A stretch of 64,000 nt of DNA from Eledone cirrhosa (Eukaryota): contig OZ024754.1 of assembly GCA_964016885.1 (NCBI GenBank), forward strand, positions 14,570,001-14,634,000. The letters run 5' to 3'. Below are positions 1-14,091 of the stretch, piece after piece; positions within the stretch are counted from its first letter, which is position 1, and each line of letters begins with the position of its first letter. The translations under genes were made by a program, and so were the position numbers. Under the pieces are notes generated by a model that ran no database searches, had not been told where the DNA came from, and was given only the letters and a program-made list of their open reading frames with translations.

Positions 1-34
<34 letters not shown>

Positions 35-75
35 TATAAATATACACGGGTGTGTATGATTGTGTATAGAAGATT

Positions 76-707
76 ATATTAATAAAAGGAATTCAAACTT
101 TGTCTGATTTACTCGTTTTATTTACAATCCTTTAAAATTATAATGATATTATAATGAAATAGTATGGTAGAATATTAAATGTTAAATGTTAATTGAACAA
201 GTACTTTCATGCTTTCGCAATCTTCAGGTTCATATTCAGTGGTGACAGTCAAGTTTGCAATTTTCAACTGTAATGAGATGGCTAAAATCTGTGCCTTATA
301 TACAGTAAAAAGAGGCTACAGAATGCTAAGTTTTGCAAACTGTATTTCGACCAATCGGTGTGTGGTTTCACTAGATTACTAAAGCTGATTGGTTTAGTCA
401 TCACGGTTTGTTGAGCATCACTTTTATTATTATTATTGTTGTTGTTGTTGTTAATGTGGGTAGTCGACATGGTCGTAGGCGTAGTCATAGTAGAAGTAAT
501 ACTCCTAAGCATTATTATTGTTCATTTAGCTTGGGTTGGAATTTATCAATAAAATTATTTTCTTTAATTTTTCTCTTGATTTCACTTGGGCTGTGTAGTT
601 TGTAGAATGGAAATATTATAAATATTTTCTCCTCCAAGACTTTTCAATGTACTTTCTAAATTCAGTGCTATATTTTCCTCTATTTCTTGGTAGAGTTGTA
701 TCCCTTT
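76..707 (-). mobile_element. Internally deleted Penelope-like element (RT piece joined to GIY-YIG C-terminal piece, plus HHR-bearing 3' module)
   Basis: On the minus strand, 631-707 is an inverted copy of the RT DNA at about 879-968. About 525-615 translates to PFYKLHSPSEIKRKIKENNFIDKFQPKLN, resembling the C-terminus of a PLE GIY-YIG domain. 76-279 is near-identical to 54394-54597. Confidence 0.7.
194..232 (-). ncRNA. Minimal type I hammerhead ribozyme motif (family A)
   Basis: Minus strand reads tgaac CTGAAGA t tgc gaaa gca t GAAA gtac TT gttca. Stem I is tgaac/gttca, stem II has a GAAA tetraloop, and loop III is the palindrome gtac. Confidence 0.8.
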
Positions 708-739
708 ATATCCCATCGCTGGGAGAAGTGATTCCCACC

Positions 740-1107
740 AGATTCACAGTGCCATTTATATTAGACGCAGTCAGACTTATTCTGGAAAACAACACATTCT
801 TCTTCAATGGAAAGAATTACATCCAAATTAGAGGCACAGCGATGGGAACGAAGTTTGCTCCCGTTTACGCGAACTTTCTAAAGGGATACTTAGAACAACA
901 ACTCTACCAAGAAATAGAGGAAAAATATAGCACTGAATTTACAAAGTACATTGAAAAGTCTTGGAAGAGATACCTTGACGACTGTTCCATCATCTGGACA
1001 GAATCTCTAGATTCTCTGAATGAGTTCAATATTCTCCTGAATAACCTACACCCATCTCTCCAATTTACAAAAGAGATGAGTAGTACCAAATTACCATTCC
1101 CAGATAT
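740..1107 (+). pseudogene. Penelope-like reverse transcriptase fragment
   Basis: The ORF start encodes LILENNTFFFNGKNYIQIRGTAMGTKFAPVYANF...WKRYLDD...LNNLHPSLQFT...LPFPD, which are the PLE RT motifs GTAMG and RYLDD. It is truncated by the GGT/GTT repeat. Confidence 0.9.
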
Positions 1108-2430
1108 AGTTGTATTGGTGGTGGTGGTAGTTGTGGTAGTTGTGTTGGTGGTGGTGGTGATTGTCGTAGTTGTGTTGGTGGTGGTGGTGGTTGTGGTAGT
1201 TGTGTTGGTGGTGGTGGTCGTCGTTGTAGTGGTGGTGGTAGTTGTGGTAGTTGTGTTGGTGGTGGTGGTAGTTGTAGTAGTTGTGTTGGTGGTGGTGGTC
1301 GTCATTGTAGTGGTGGTGGTAGTTGTGGTAGTTGTGTTGGTGGTGGTGGTGGTCGTCGTTGTAGTGGTGGTGGTAGTTGTGGTAGTAGTGCTGGTGGTTG
1401 TAGTTGTGGTAGTTGTGTTGGTGGTGGTAGTTGTGTTGGTGGTGGTTGTGGTAGTTGTGTTGGTGGTTGTGGTCGTCGTTGTAGTGGTGGTTGTAGTTGT
1501 GGTAGTTGTGTTGGTGGTGGTGGTAGTTGTGGTAGTTGTGTTGGTGGTGGTTGTAGTTGTGGTAGTTGTGTTGGTGGTGGTGGTAGTTGTGGTAGTTGTG
1601 TTGGTGGTGCTGGTAGTTGTGGTAGTTGTGTTGGTGGTGGTTGTAGTTGTGGTAGTTGTGTTGGTGGTGGTGGTAGTTGTGGTAGTTGTGTTGGTGGTGC
1701 TGGTAGTTGTGGTAGTTGTGTTGGTGGTGGTTGTAGTTGTGGTAGTTGTGTTGGTGGTGGTGGTAGTTGTGGTAGTTGTGTTGGTGGTGCTGGTAGTTGT
1801 GGTAGTTGTGTTGGTGGTGGTGGTGGTTGTGTTAGTGGTGGTGGTAGTTGTGGTAGTTGTGTTGGTGGTGGTGGTAGTTGTGGTAGTTGTGTTGGTGGTG
1901 GTGGTGGTTGTGGTAGTGGTGGTGGTAGTTGTAGTAGTTGTGTTGGTGGTAGTGGTAGTTGTGGTAGTTGTGTTGGTGGTGGTGGTGGTTGTGGTAGCTG
2001 TGTTGGTGGTTGTGGTAGTTGTGGTAGTTGTGTTGGCGGTGGTGGTGGTTGTGGTAGTTGTGTTGGTGGTGGTGGTGGTTGTGGTAGCTGTGTTGGTGGT
2101 TGTGGTAGTTTGGGTAGTTGTGTTGGTGGTGCTGGTAGTTGTGGTAGTTGTGTTGGTGGTGGTTGTAGTTGTGTTGGTGGTGGTGGTAGTTGTGGTAGTT
2201 GTGTCGGTGGTGGTGGTGGTTGTGGTAGTTGTGTTGGTGGTGGTCGTCGTCGTTGTAGTGGTGGTGGTAGTTGTGGTAGTTGTGTTGGTGGTGGTGGTAG
2301 TTGTGGTAGTTGTGTTGGTGGTGGTGGTGGTTGTGGTAGTGGTGGTGGTGGCTGTGGTAGTTGTGTTGGTGGTTGTGGTTGTGGTAGTTGTGTTGGTGGT
2401 GGTGGTGGTTGTGGTAGTTGTAGTGGGGGG
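1108..2430. repeat. Compound (GGT/GTT/GTA)n trinucleotide array with about 30-bp periodicity
   Basis: Recurrent unit ggtagttgtgttggtggtggtggtagttgt; it produces the spurious poly-Val ORF. Confidence 0.95.
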
Positions 2431-2980
2431 GGGGATGTAGTGGTGATATATGGAGCAATGGGGTGTTTCGACGTGAGTAAAAAAGACAGAAAGATGGAAT
2501 TAAATGGTAGAAGGCAGAAGGTAGATGGTAGCAGGTATTGAATGAGGTGTGGTGTGAGGGGTTGGATGGGGGGGAATGACTGGCATTGAAGTATGTTTTA
2601 AACAGACAGACATATAAAAACAAGATAGGAAAGAAGAAAATAAGAAGACGGTATTGAGATGTCTTATTGGGAGTTGTTATCTGAAGGGAAAGGAAAACAG
2701 AAAGTAACCAAACTTTAGCCTCCCCCTCTCTCCCACCTCCTAGCACACACACACATATATATACACTACATTCATAAACACGCACATATATGCACATACA
2801 TACATGCGTACATACATACATACATACATACATACATACATACATTCATACATACATACATACATACATACATACATACATACATACATACATACATACA
2901 TACATACATACATACATACCTTGCCACCAGGAAGGTGGCCGGTCAAAAAAATATACTCGAAATTAAGAGAAAGAGATAAC

Positions 2981-3351
2981 ATACATACATGGTGGCTGCC
3001 AACTCGTTTTCGAGTACGGCCACTACTTTATATCCATGTAGGAGAACCCCTACCGATGCGCTGAACGAGTGTGACTTTTTAGTCCAGCCAGCGACTTGAA
3101 AACTCTGGTACAAACACTACACTTGTGACAATTATTGACACCTAGTGCTGGGCCCATGGTACCATGTGACGACAAGTGCAGAGAGATCTCCAGACATAAA
3201 GCAATGCCTGTGCCGTGAAGCTTTTATAGTGAGCAAAGGCACTGCACAAAGCCAGTCCCACTCTCTTAACCAAGATGATATTTACCAAAAAGAAGAACAA
3301 GTCAAAATCATTGGATACCATCAGGGTTGCAGGTGTTATATCAGAGTTTTC

Positions 3352-3352
<1 letters not shown>
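2981..3352 (-). mobile_element. RTE-clade LINE 3' end fragment with (ATGT)n tail
   Basis: Near-identical to 34140-34570 (+) and 62250-62700 (-). It encodes a terminal C2H2-like motif (CSVCTRVFKSLAGLKSHTRSAH) and is flanked by (TACA)n. Confidence 0.85.
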
Positions 3353-3382
<30 letters not shown>

Positions 3383-3499
3383 CATACATACATACATACA
3401 TACATGATGGCTGCCCCCTCGTTATCGAGTGTGGCCATTGCACGAGAAAAAAAACAAAAACACAAAAAAAAACATAATAACAATAATAATAACGACAAC

Positions 3500-3704
3500 A
3501 ACACCAATAATAATATACATATGTATACATACACACATATATACATACATACACATACAGACACATACAAACATGCACTACGTTCATAAACACATACATA
3601 CACACACACATATACATATATCTATATGTTTGTATATATGTCTGTGTATGCTTATATATATATATATACACATACAGACACATACAAACATGCACTACGT
3701 TCAT

Positions 3705-3772
<68 letters not shown>

Positions 3773-3898
3773 GTTTGTATATATATATGTCCATGTATGC
3801 TTATAAATATATATACATACGTACACATATATATGTTAGTTGTTTGTGTGGATGCGTGTGTGTGCGTGCGTGTGTATCTAAGTATGTATGTATGTATG

Positions 3899-3945
<47 letters not shown>

Positions 3946-3970
3946 ATATGTATGTGTGTATGTATGTATG

Positions 3971-4024
<54 letters not shown>

Positions 4025-4570
4025 AGTGTGTGTATATGTATGTGTGTATGTGTCTATGTATGTATGTATGTATATATATATATATGTATATATATATATA
4101 CTGTATATGCTTGTATAGATGTATGTCTATGTATGCTTACACACACACACACACACATATGTGTGTGTATATATTCATACATACATATATATGTATGTAT
4201 GTGTCTGTGTATATGTATGTATGTATGTGTCTGTGTATATGTATGTATGTGTCTGTGTATATGTATGTATGTATGTGTCTGCTTATATGTATGTATGCAT
4301 ATTGCCACATACAAACAGACTAAGGCGTAGGGACGTTCATGCATATATACCCAAATTCACACACAAACACACACACATACGCTCGCAAACAGACGCACAG
4401 AAACACACAGAAACACACGCACTCATACACAAACACACAAACACACACACAAACACACACAGATACGCTCGCAAACAGACGCACAGAAACACACACAAAC
4501 ACACGCACACATACACAAACACACAAACAAACACATGCACACTCACACACACACACACACACACACACAA
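3500..4570. repeat. Mosaic of (TA)n, (CA)n and (TATG)n microsatellites
   Basis: Direct inspection; source of many spurious YI/CV/HT ORFs. Confidence 0.95.
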
Positions 4571-4682
4571 ATATCATATGTACCATAGAGCCATAATCAG
4601 AGCTACCATCTTGCCCGTGGGGTAGTAACTATTTCGGAGATATCGAGGTTATTTCGGGAGGTCATTAATTACTGATTAATTG

Positions 4683-5138
4683 CGTGATTAGTGTAGTGTT
4701 TGTTGTAGATAGATGGGAGGGGGGGGGGGGTGAGGGGGGAGAAAGACAGAGAAAGACTGAAGTGATTAGTGTAGTGTTTGTTGTAGATAGATGGGAGGGG
4801 GGGGGGGGGTGAGGGGGGAGAAAGACAGAGAAAGACTGAAGTGATTAGTGTAGTGTTTGTTGTAGATAGATAGATGTATGGGAGGGGAGGTGGAGGAGGT
4901 GGAGGAGGAAGAGGAGGAAAAAGAAGAATGAGAAGATGAAGAAGAAGACGAGGAAGAGGAGGAAGAGGAGGAAGAGGAGGAAGAGGAGGGGGAGGAGGTG
5001 GAAGAGGAGGGGGGATGAGGAAGGGGAAGAAGAAGAAGAAGAAGAGGAGGAGGAAGAAGAAGAGGAGGAAGAGGGGGGAGAAGAAAAATAAGAAGAAGAG
5101 GAGGAGGGGGAGGAAGAAGGAGAGGAGGAGGAGAGAAA
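4683..5138. repeat. About 78-bp tandem repeat (about 2.5 copies) followed by a GAG/GAA-rich low-complexity tract
   Basis: gtgattagtgtagtgtttgttgtagatagatggg... recurs at about 4683, 4761 and 4841, followed by a purine-rich tract. Confidence 0.85.
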
Positions 5139-5221
5139 GACCTGTAGTGGATTAGAAGTGGATTAGAAGTTCACATCTAGATATAAGTCTATGTAATTGT
5201 GGATACCCACGTTTTACTATA

Positions 5222-5550
5222 TACAGTTCTGACCTGGTATTCGCGGAGTTTACCTTCCTAGAACACCGCGAATATTGAACGTGGTCCATAAAAATACCTA
5301 TAAACGTCAAAATTTAATGTAAAATATAATTTAAAAAAGAAGGAGCGTCTTATGCGAAGGGGCGTCCAATAGGCCGGCAAATACGGTATATTGTTATTAA
5401 TAATTTAACGTTAAAAAACCCATTTAAAAAAAGCGCGGAAGATAATTACGACACCGCGAATATGCGGTGGTTTCTACGAACAATTATTAGTTAGGTTCTA
5501 AGGAAAATTCCGCGAATGTAGGGACCGCAAATGCCAGGGGTATAGTGTAT
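5222..5550. mobile_element. Degenerate Tc1/mariner (pogo/Tigger-like) MITE
   Basis: TA-CAG...GTG-TA ends with repeated ccgcgaat / attcgcgg subterminal motifs; TIRs are eroded. Confidence 0.45.
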
Positions 5551-5599
5551 ATACTATGGTTACACAGTAAGGTTTCCATTGGTCTTTCCAATTGCTAAT

Positions 5600-5750
5600 A
5601 CTATCTATCGGTCGCAACTCCAGGTAGAAGGAGCAACGTGAAATAAAGTGTCTTGCTCAAGGACATAACGCATCGCCTGGTCCAGGAATCGAACTCACAA
5701 CCTCACGAATGCGAATCCAATTCTCTAACCACTCAGCCACACGCCTTCAC
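5600..5750 (-). mobile_element. tRNA-derived SINE, family 2
   Basis: Minus strand has A-box-like tggctgagtgg, B-box-like gagttcgattcc and a central ccttgagcaagacac motif. Related copies at about 25735-25920, 27800-27897, 42250-42720 and 62930-63020. Confidence 0.75.
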
Positions 5751-6199
5751 AAATATATGGTTACACATATATATGGTGTAAATAGTAAAGACCTCCTTCC
5801 GTCACAAATGACGATGGGGTTTAAACCCTAGAAAGTCAATCTCCGAGGCACAAGACCGTTTGTACGTTTATCTGTATCTTATTAAAATCATTCCCAAAAC
5901 CCCTTTTATTATAGGGATTGATTTTGTTTTCACTGCCCATATTCTGGTTACCACTATTTCCAGAATGTTATGCTTGAATGATTCCTACATTTCCTTCAGA
6001 GCCATCCCGTTATTTCTGGTATTTGTTAAAACATGAATAACGAATAAAGAACAAATAACAAGAATTATAAAAAAAAAACCCTACAAAACAAAGGAGGATA
6101 CGTTAGGGGAGGTAAACGACGAAGGTCTGTCTACTACCATGTAGAAAATAAACAAAGATAAACAATTTAAGACAACCCTAGTACAACGTTTTCCAGGCA

Positions 6200-7280
6200 T
6201 GGGCCGCATCTCATATAGTTCATCATAAGGTGGGCCGTATGACATGTGGTTTATCATAAGGTGGGCCGTATGACATGTGGTTGATCATAAGGTGGGCCGT
6301 ATGACATGTGGTTTACCATAAGGTGGGCCGTATGACATGTGGTTTACCATAAGGTGGGCTGTATGAAATGTGGTTGATCATAAGGTGGGCCGTATGACAT
6401 GTGGTTTATCATAAGGTGGGCCGTATGACATGTGGTTTACCATAAGGTGGGCCGTATGACATGTGGTTTACCATAAGGTGGGCCGTATGACATGTGGTTG
6501 ATCATAAGGTGGGCCGTATGACATGTGGTTTATCATAAGGTGGGCCGTATGACATGTGGTTTACCTATGACATGTGGTTTACCATAAGGTGGGCCGTATG
6601 ACATGTGGTTCATCATAAGGTGGGCAGTATGACATGTGGTTTACCATAAGGTGGGCCGTATGACATGTGGTTTATCATAAGGTGGACCGTATGACATGTG
6701 GTTGATCATAAGGTGGGCCGTATGACATGTGGTTGATCATGAGGTGGGCCGTATGACACGTGGTTTACCATAAGGTGGGCCGTATGACATGTGGTTTACC
6801 ATAAGGTGGGCCGTATGACATGTGGTTTATCATAAGGTGGGCCGTATGACATGTGGTTGATCATAAGGTGGGCCGTATGACATGTGGTTTATCATAAGGT
6901 GGGCCGTATGACACGTGGTTTACCATAAGGTGGGCCGTATGACATGTGGTTTACCATAAGGTGGGCCGTATGACATGTGGTTGATCATGAGGTGGGCTGT
7001 ATGACATGTGGTTGATCATAAGGTGGACCGTATGACATGTGGTTTATCATAAGGTGGGCCGTATGACATGTGGCTCATCATAAGGTGGGCCACATGTCAT
7101 ATAGTTCATCATAAGGTGGGCAGTATGACATGTGGTTCATCATAATGTGGGCCACATGTCATATAGTTCATCATAAGGTGGGCCGTATGACATACAGTTC
7201 ACCATAAGGTGGGCCGTATGACATGTGGTTGATCATAAAGTGGGCCGTATGACATGTGGTTGATCATAAGGTGGGCCGCA
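6200..7280. repeat. 31-bp minisatellite, about 35 copies
   Basis: Unit cataaggtgggccgtatgacatgtggtt(t/g)a(t/c); successive starts at 6224 and 6255. Confidence 0.95.
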
Positions 7281-8899
7281 CTACGAAAAAAATATATGAA
7301 TTAAAAATTCAAAGTAATTTTTATCTAAGTGTGTCACCCAGAAAGCGATCTTACTCATAATATTGACGATTAAAATTAAACCGAAACAATGCCCGCCAAA
7401 AGTTGACTGAAAGAGTTGAAGGATAGAATTTTTAAATATGGAAAGTCTGAATATGGCAATAATCTAAAGCAAGGTTTCCCAACCTGAACGATTTCAACCC
7501 TTGGGTGAGCAATGAGCAACTGAACACTAGAAGGTGGGCAACTGGAAACTTTGGTGGACGATTTAGGATTTTGAGTACTAAGAAGGTATTTCAACATATG
7601 CTATCCGAAAAATAAATATTTATATTCAAATGAGATATCAAAGAACCTGTATAAAAAACTAAACAAAAGGAGGTTAAATGGAAATAAGGAACTAGTAATA
7701 AACTTTTACCAAATATTTTTGGTATGGTTTTGTATATTTACTATACAGGTCGGCGGTGGAAACTTTTTCGATGTGAAAGTGAGCGATGATGCAAAAGTGG
7801 GTGATGGATTAGTAGAATTGGTAGAGCACTGGATAAAATGTGATTGTGGAATTTGTTCTAGCTCTTTATTCTTTACTCTTTCTGAGTTCAAATCGCGTTG
7901 AGATCAACTTTGTGTTTCTTCCTTCCGACATCCATAAGCTGATCAAGGAACTCTCATGGAATGACTAAATATTTCTATCGAATGCAACAGTAGCAATAAT
8001 TAAACGACTAGTATGAAAATACACTGTTGACAGATGCAATGTGTCCGAACACAAAAGAGCCGAACTCCCACCGTCATCGCCCCCATCTCTCTCGCCCTCC
8101 ACATCTCCCTGTATAGTTGTATAGTGAGCAAATGGGGTCCCAAGTGCTGACCGTCCCACAGCCCCGGCGGACAGAATTGAGAAAGCGTTTTCCCGGAGGA
8201 TGGTCAGGGAGATGCGCTGGAAGAGCCAAATGACTAAATAAGGTTTATTTTTCAATATAGTCCCTTGAAAGAAACAATACAGCTATTAATAAGAGATGAA
8301 ATTAATGCCTGCAAGATTTCACAGCATCACTGTTTCATACTCGGCCTATGGACATTTCAGCGGTGCCTCTTAAATATTGAGTTCGATTTAATCGACTTAC
8401 TCTCCCTCAAAATTACTGGCCATGTGCCTATATTAGAAACACTTATAGTTATTGCTGTTGTTGTTATTGTAGCTATAGTAGTTTTTTGTTATTAATACTG
8501 TAGCTATGAAATCGTTCAGCATCCTCAACATGACATGATTATTCCTTGGGGAAGCTAGGAAAGTTATATAGAATTTTTATTAGAACCTCTATGAAGACGT
8601 TACATTGTAATATATACATAATGTCAATTATATTCTCATTAGAAAGGGACCAGTGAATAGTGATATGTTAAGGAGTCTAGTTTGGGTAGTTCGACGGAGA
8701 AATAATAGCCATATAACTAGGATGGAGATATATTAACTATTAACTCTACTGGAAATATGAAATGGAGAAGGACGCAGAGATTGTTATATGAAACGAGCTG
8801 TATTCGTGGATAAGATATGGCTGTATGTCTATATGTTGTGTCTATATGTGCCTGACTTTATGAACATATGTATCTGTATTTGTGTATGTATCTGTATTT

Positions 8900-9018
<119 letters not shown>

Positions 9019-9087
9019 TGTGTGTGTGTGTGTAAACTAAGGTATATTATGTAGTGCATCTCATGACTTCAAATATCTATTCAACAC

Positions 9088-9112
<25 letters not shown>

Positions 9113-9125
<13 letters not shown>

Positions 9126-9668
9126 GTATAATAAAATGGATATGGTTTTATAAATATAGTTTCTATTTATTAATATACTAGCAGATGTACCCGGCGTTAC
9201 TCGGGAAATGAATTGTTCAAGGTCGTTTATGACTTAGCTAGCAATTTCTAAGTGCATGTCAGCTTATGTCAGCTAATTGGCTAGCCGATGAGAGGTCGCC
9301 TCAATAACACGTGCCAAATCGGCCTAGTACTTCAAAAGTTAAAAGGAGCCTAGTATTTATACACAGACAGATACACACAAAATCGATTTTTCGGCTCCAA
9401 TATCGATTTTTTTTTCAAATTGGTTTTTGTCCAAAACCTGCTCTGGCATATAAGCAACTTGTGTGCCAAATTTGGTTGAAATCGGCCTAGTACTTCAAAA
9501 GTTAAAAGGAGCCTAGTATTTGTACACAGACAGACAGACACACACACACATACCGACTTGCTTTTATATATATAGATTGTGTATTTACTCCACTAAATTG
9601 TTGAGTGCTTTATATCAGTTATAAAAATGTTTAAGCTTGTTTAATCCCAACAAATTAAATATAACCTC

Positions 9669-9672
<4 letters not shown>
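9113..9672 (+). mobile_element. PLE-like terminal fragment (family F) interrupted by a Helitron
   Basis: 9113-9177 plus 9577-9672 together match the reverse complement of about 36831-36990. Confidence 0.7.
9178..9576 (-). mobile_element. Non-autonomous Helitron-type element
   Basis: Minus strand begins TC-tatatatataaaag, carries a (TGTC)n tract, and ends with hairpin cccg-agtaacgc-cggg then CTAG. It is inserted between A and T. Confidence 0.8.
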
Positions 9673-9702
<30 letters not shown>

Positions 9703-9743
9703 AATATGAGAATAAACGTGCTGCGGAGTTGCAAATGGGTTAC

Positions 9744-9857
9744 ATATGAATAAAGTGGTCCTTCATCAGTGATCTTCCAACCATCATCGGTATTTCTTAG
9801 CGAAGAAATACCGATGATGGTTGGAAGATCACTGATGAAGGACCACTTTATTCATAT
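9744..9857. repeat. Perfect fold-back palindrome (about 55-bp arms, 4-nt loop)
   Basis: atatgaataaagtggtcc...tatttctt agcg aagaaata...ggaccactttattcatat. A related single-arm copy lies at about 14900-15015. Confidence 0.9.
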
Positions 9858-9947
<90 letters not shown>

Positions 9948-10444
9948 ATATAAAGATATAAACACATATATGTACGTGTGTGTGTATATGTGTATCTAAG
10001 TGTGTGTGTGTGTGCATATATATTTGTGTGTGTGCGCGCACGCGCATTTCAGTTCTTGAAATACATACATAAATAGAAATTCACCCTCACCACTATCTTT
10101 GTGTCTACGTGTAGGTCTGTGTGTTTGTGTGTGCCTGTAAGTATGCGCGCGTGCGTGTGTATTTCTGTGTCTGTATGTATGCGTGTATGTGTGTCTGTGT
10201 CTGTGTCTGTGTCTGTATGTATGCGTGTGTTTGTATGTGTGTGTTTCACTCATCAACCTCTTCACACACGCCACACATTTTCAACTGAAGATTCTCTGAC
10301 TAGATTTTTAGTCTAATCCTCCAGCTTGTCTCTCTCTCTTTCCCTCTCTCTTACTCCTTCTCTCTCTTCCCCTCCCTCTCCCTTACGCTCTCTCTCACTC
10401 TTGTCTTTCTACTCTCTATTACCATCTATCTATCCATAAAAACG

Positions 10445-11845
10445 CGCGCGTATATATCTTTATATCCATACACTCACATGTATATATCTTTATATCATAC
10501 ACTCACATGTATATATCTTTATATCATACACTCACATGTATATATCTTTATATGCCTACACACATGTATATATCTTTATATGCCTACACACATGTATATA
10601 TCTTTATATGCCTACACACATGTATATATCTTTATATGCCTACACACATGTATATATCTTTATATGAATAAACTCACATGTATATATCTTTATATGAATA
10701 CACTCACATGTATATATCTTTATATGCCTACACACATGTATATATCTTTATATGAATAAATCCACATGTATATATCTTTATATGAATAAACTCACATGTA
10801 TATATCTTTATATGAATACACTCACATGTATATATCTTTATATGAATACACTCACATGTATATATCTTTATATGCCTACACACATGTATATATCTTTATA
10901 TGAATACACTCACATGTATATATCTTTATATGCCTACACACATGTATATATCTTTATATGCCTACACACATGTATATATCTTTATATGCCTACACACATG
11001 TATATATCTTTATATGAATACACTCACATGTATATATCTTTATATGAATACACTCACATGTATATATCTTTATATGCCTACACACATGTATATATCTTTA
11101 TATGAATACACTCACATGTATATATCTTTATATGAATACACTCACATGTATATATCTTTATATGCCTACACACATGTATAAATCTTTATATGAATACACT
11201 CACATGTATATATCTTTATATGCCTACACACATGTATATATCTTTATATGCCTACACACATGTATATATCTTTATATCCATACACTCACATGTATATATC
11301 TTTATATCATACACACATGTATATATCTTTATATCCATACACACACATGTATATATCTTTATATGCCTACACACATGTATATATCTTTATATGAATACAT
11401 TCACATGTATATATCTTTATATGCCTACACACATGTATATATCTTTATGTGAATACACTCACATGTATATATCTTTATATCCATACACACACATGTATAT
11501 ATCTTTATATGCCTACACACATGTATATATCTTTATATGAATACACTCACATGTATATATCTTTATATCCATACACACATGTAAATATCTTTATATGAAT
11601 ACACTCACATGTATATATCTTTATATGCATACACTCACATGTAAATATCTTTATATGCCTACAGACATGTATATATCTTTATATCCATACACTCACATGT
11701 ATATATCTTTATATGAATACACTCACATGTATATATCTTTATATCATACACTCACATGTATATATCATTATATGCCTACACACATGTATATATCTTTATA
11801 TGCATACACTCACATGTATATATCTTTATATCCATACACTCACAT
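10445..11845. repeat. 28/30-bp minisatellite, about 48 units
   Basis: Interspersed variants cacatgtatatatctttatatgcctaca (28 bp) and cacatgtatatatctttatatgaatacact (30 bp). Confidence 0.95.
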
Positions 11846-11909
11846 ACCACATACATTTAATGATGCGTTGAGTTCGTTTAACTTACTAAATAGGAGGAAG
11901 AGGTTTGTA

Positions 11910-11986
<77 letters not shown>

Positions 11987-11989
<3 letters not shown>

Positions 11990-12340
11990 AGTGTAACTTG
12001 GAGTTACTTGAGAGTTACTGCAGGTTCACTCGGGTGAGCACTCGATGTTTAGGTTCACTTCTGTGTTGAGGTGTAGAGCTAGACAGAGTGTAATATATTG
12101 AAAGGATAACAAGGACGATTGGTTACTCCTTCATTACATTTATTGGTAGGTGACGCGCGTTTCGCCACTGATCAGCTCAAGGTTCGATCTGTATTTTAAA
12201 GGGTCCGTCGAGCTGCCGATTATAGGATCGGGTAAGATCGATACAGATCGAACCTTGAGCTGATCAGTGGCGAAACGCGCGGCACCTACCAATAAATGTA
12301 ATGAAGGAGTAACCAATTGTCCTTGTTATCCTTTCACTAT
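11987..12340. mobile_element. HHR family B element with inverted duplication
   Basis: Arms 12099-12194 and 12241-12336 are inverted. Plus-strand HHR-like motif at 12202-12286 (ggt CCGTCGA...GAAAC gcgc GGC acc) has a mutated core. 11987-12090 matches the reverse complement of about 39620-39715. Confidence 0.75.
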
Positions 12341-12374
12341 ATATATATATATATGTGTGTGTGTGTATATATAT

Positions 12375-12575
12375 ATATAACAAACAGGATGTGGTAAGTT
12401 ACCAGGTGGACCATAACACACCAGAGTACTCAATGCTTGGGGTAGTAGAGAGTAATAGGAAAAGATTCAGGACCATGATGGGTGAGCTCCACCCGTTTCG
12501 AGAGCTAGATCCGAACAGATCGTTTCTAGCTGTCGAAACGGCAGGAACTCAGCCGACGGGTCCTGACATTTCCCT
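12375..12575. mobile_element. (TA)n-flanked short repeat, family D, with half-HHR fold-back
   Basis: Shares ggtccacctggt(t/a)(c/a)cttaccac with 14200-14280, 22697-22763, 54095-54243 and 57200-57242. Contains GAAAcggc...gccg stem III-like halves. Confidence 0.65.
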
Positions 12576-12724
12576 ATATATATATATATGCGTTGATAAT
12601 AACATTGAAATATTGAATGTCTGCATAACTAATACTTTGTAGATAGCAGCTGTTTTCAGGTTCCACACACACACACACACACACACGCGCGCACACACGC
12701 ACACACACACACACACGCACACAC

Positions 12725-13956
<1,232 letters not shown>

Positions 13957-13973
13957 GTATATATATATATATG

Positions 13974-14024
<51 letters not shown>

Positions 14025-14041
14025 GTATATATATATGTATA

Positions 14042-14088
<47 letters not shown>

Positions 14089-14091
<3 letters not shown>

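Noticed and set aside
647-2440. 597-aa ORF as a real membrane or poly-Val protein
   Set aside because: It is a PLE RT fragment running into a stop-free GGT/GTT microsatellite. The Gly/Cys-rich and His-rich alternative frames are likewise repeat artefacts.
6200-7280. CRISPR-like array (also considered for 18750-19900 and 57457-59450)
   Set aside because: The units are contiguous with no unique spacers, there are no cas genes, and the context is eukaryotic.
9832-9860. CTGATGA as a hammerhead core
   Set aside because: No downstream GAAA or stem III on either arm.
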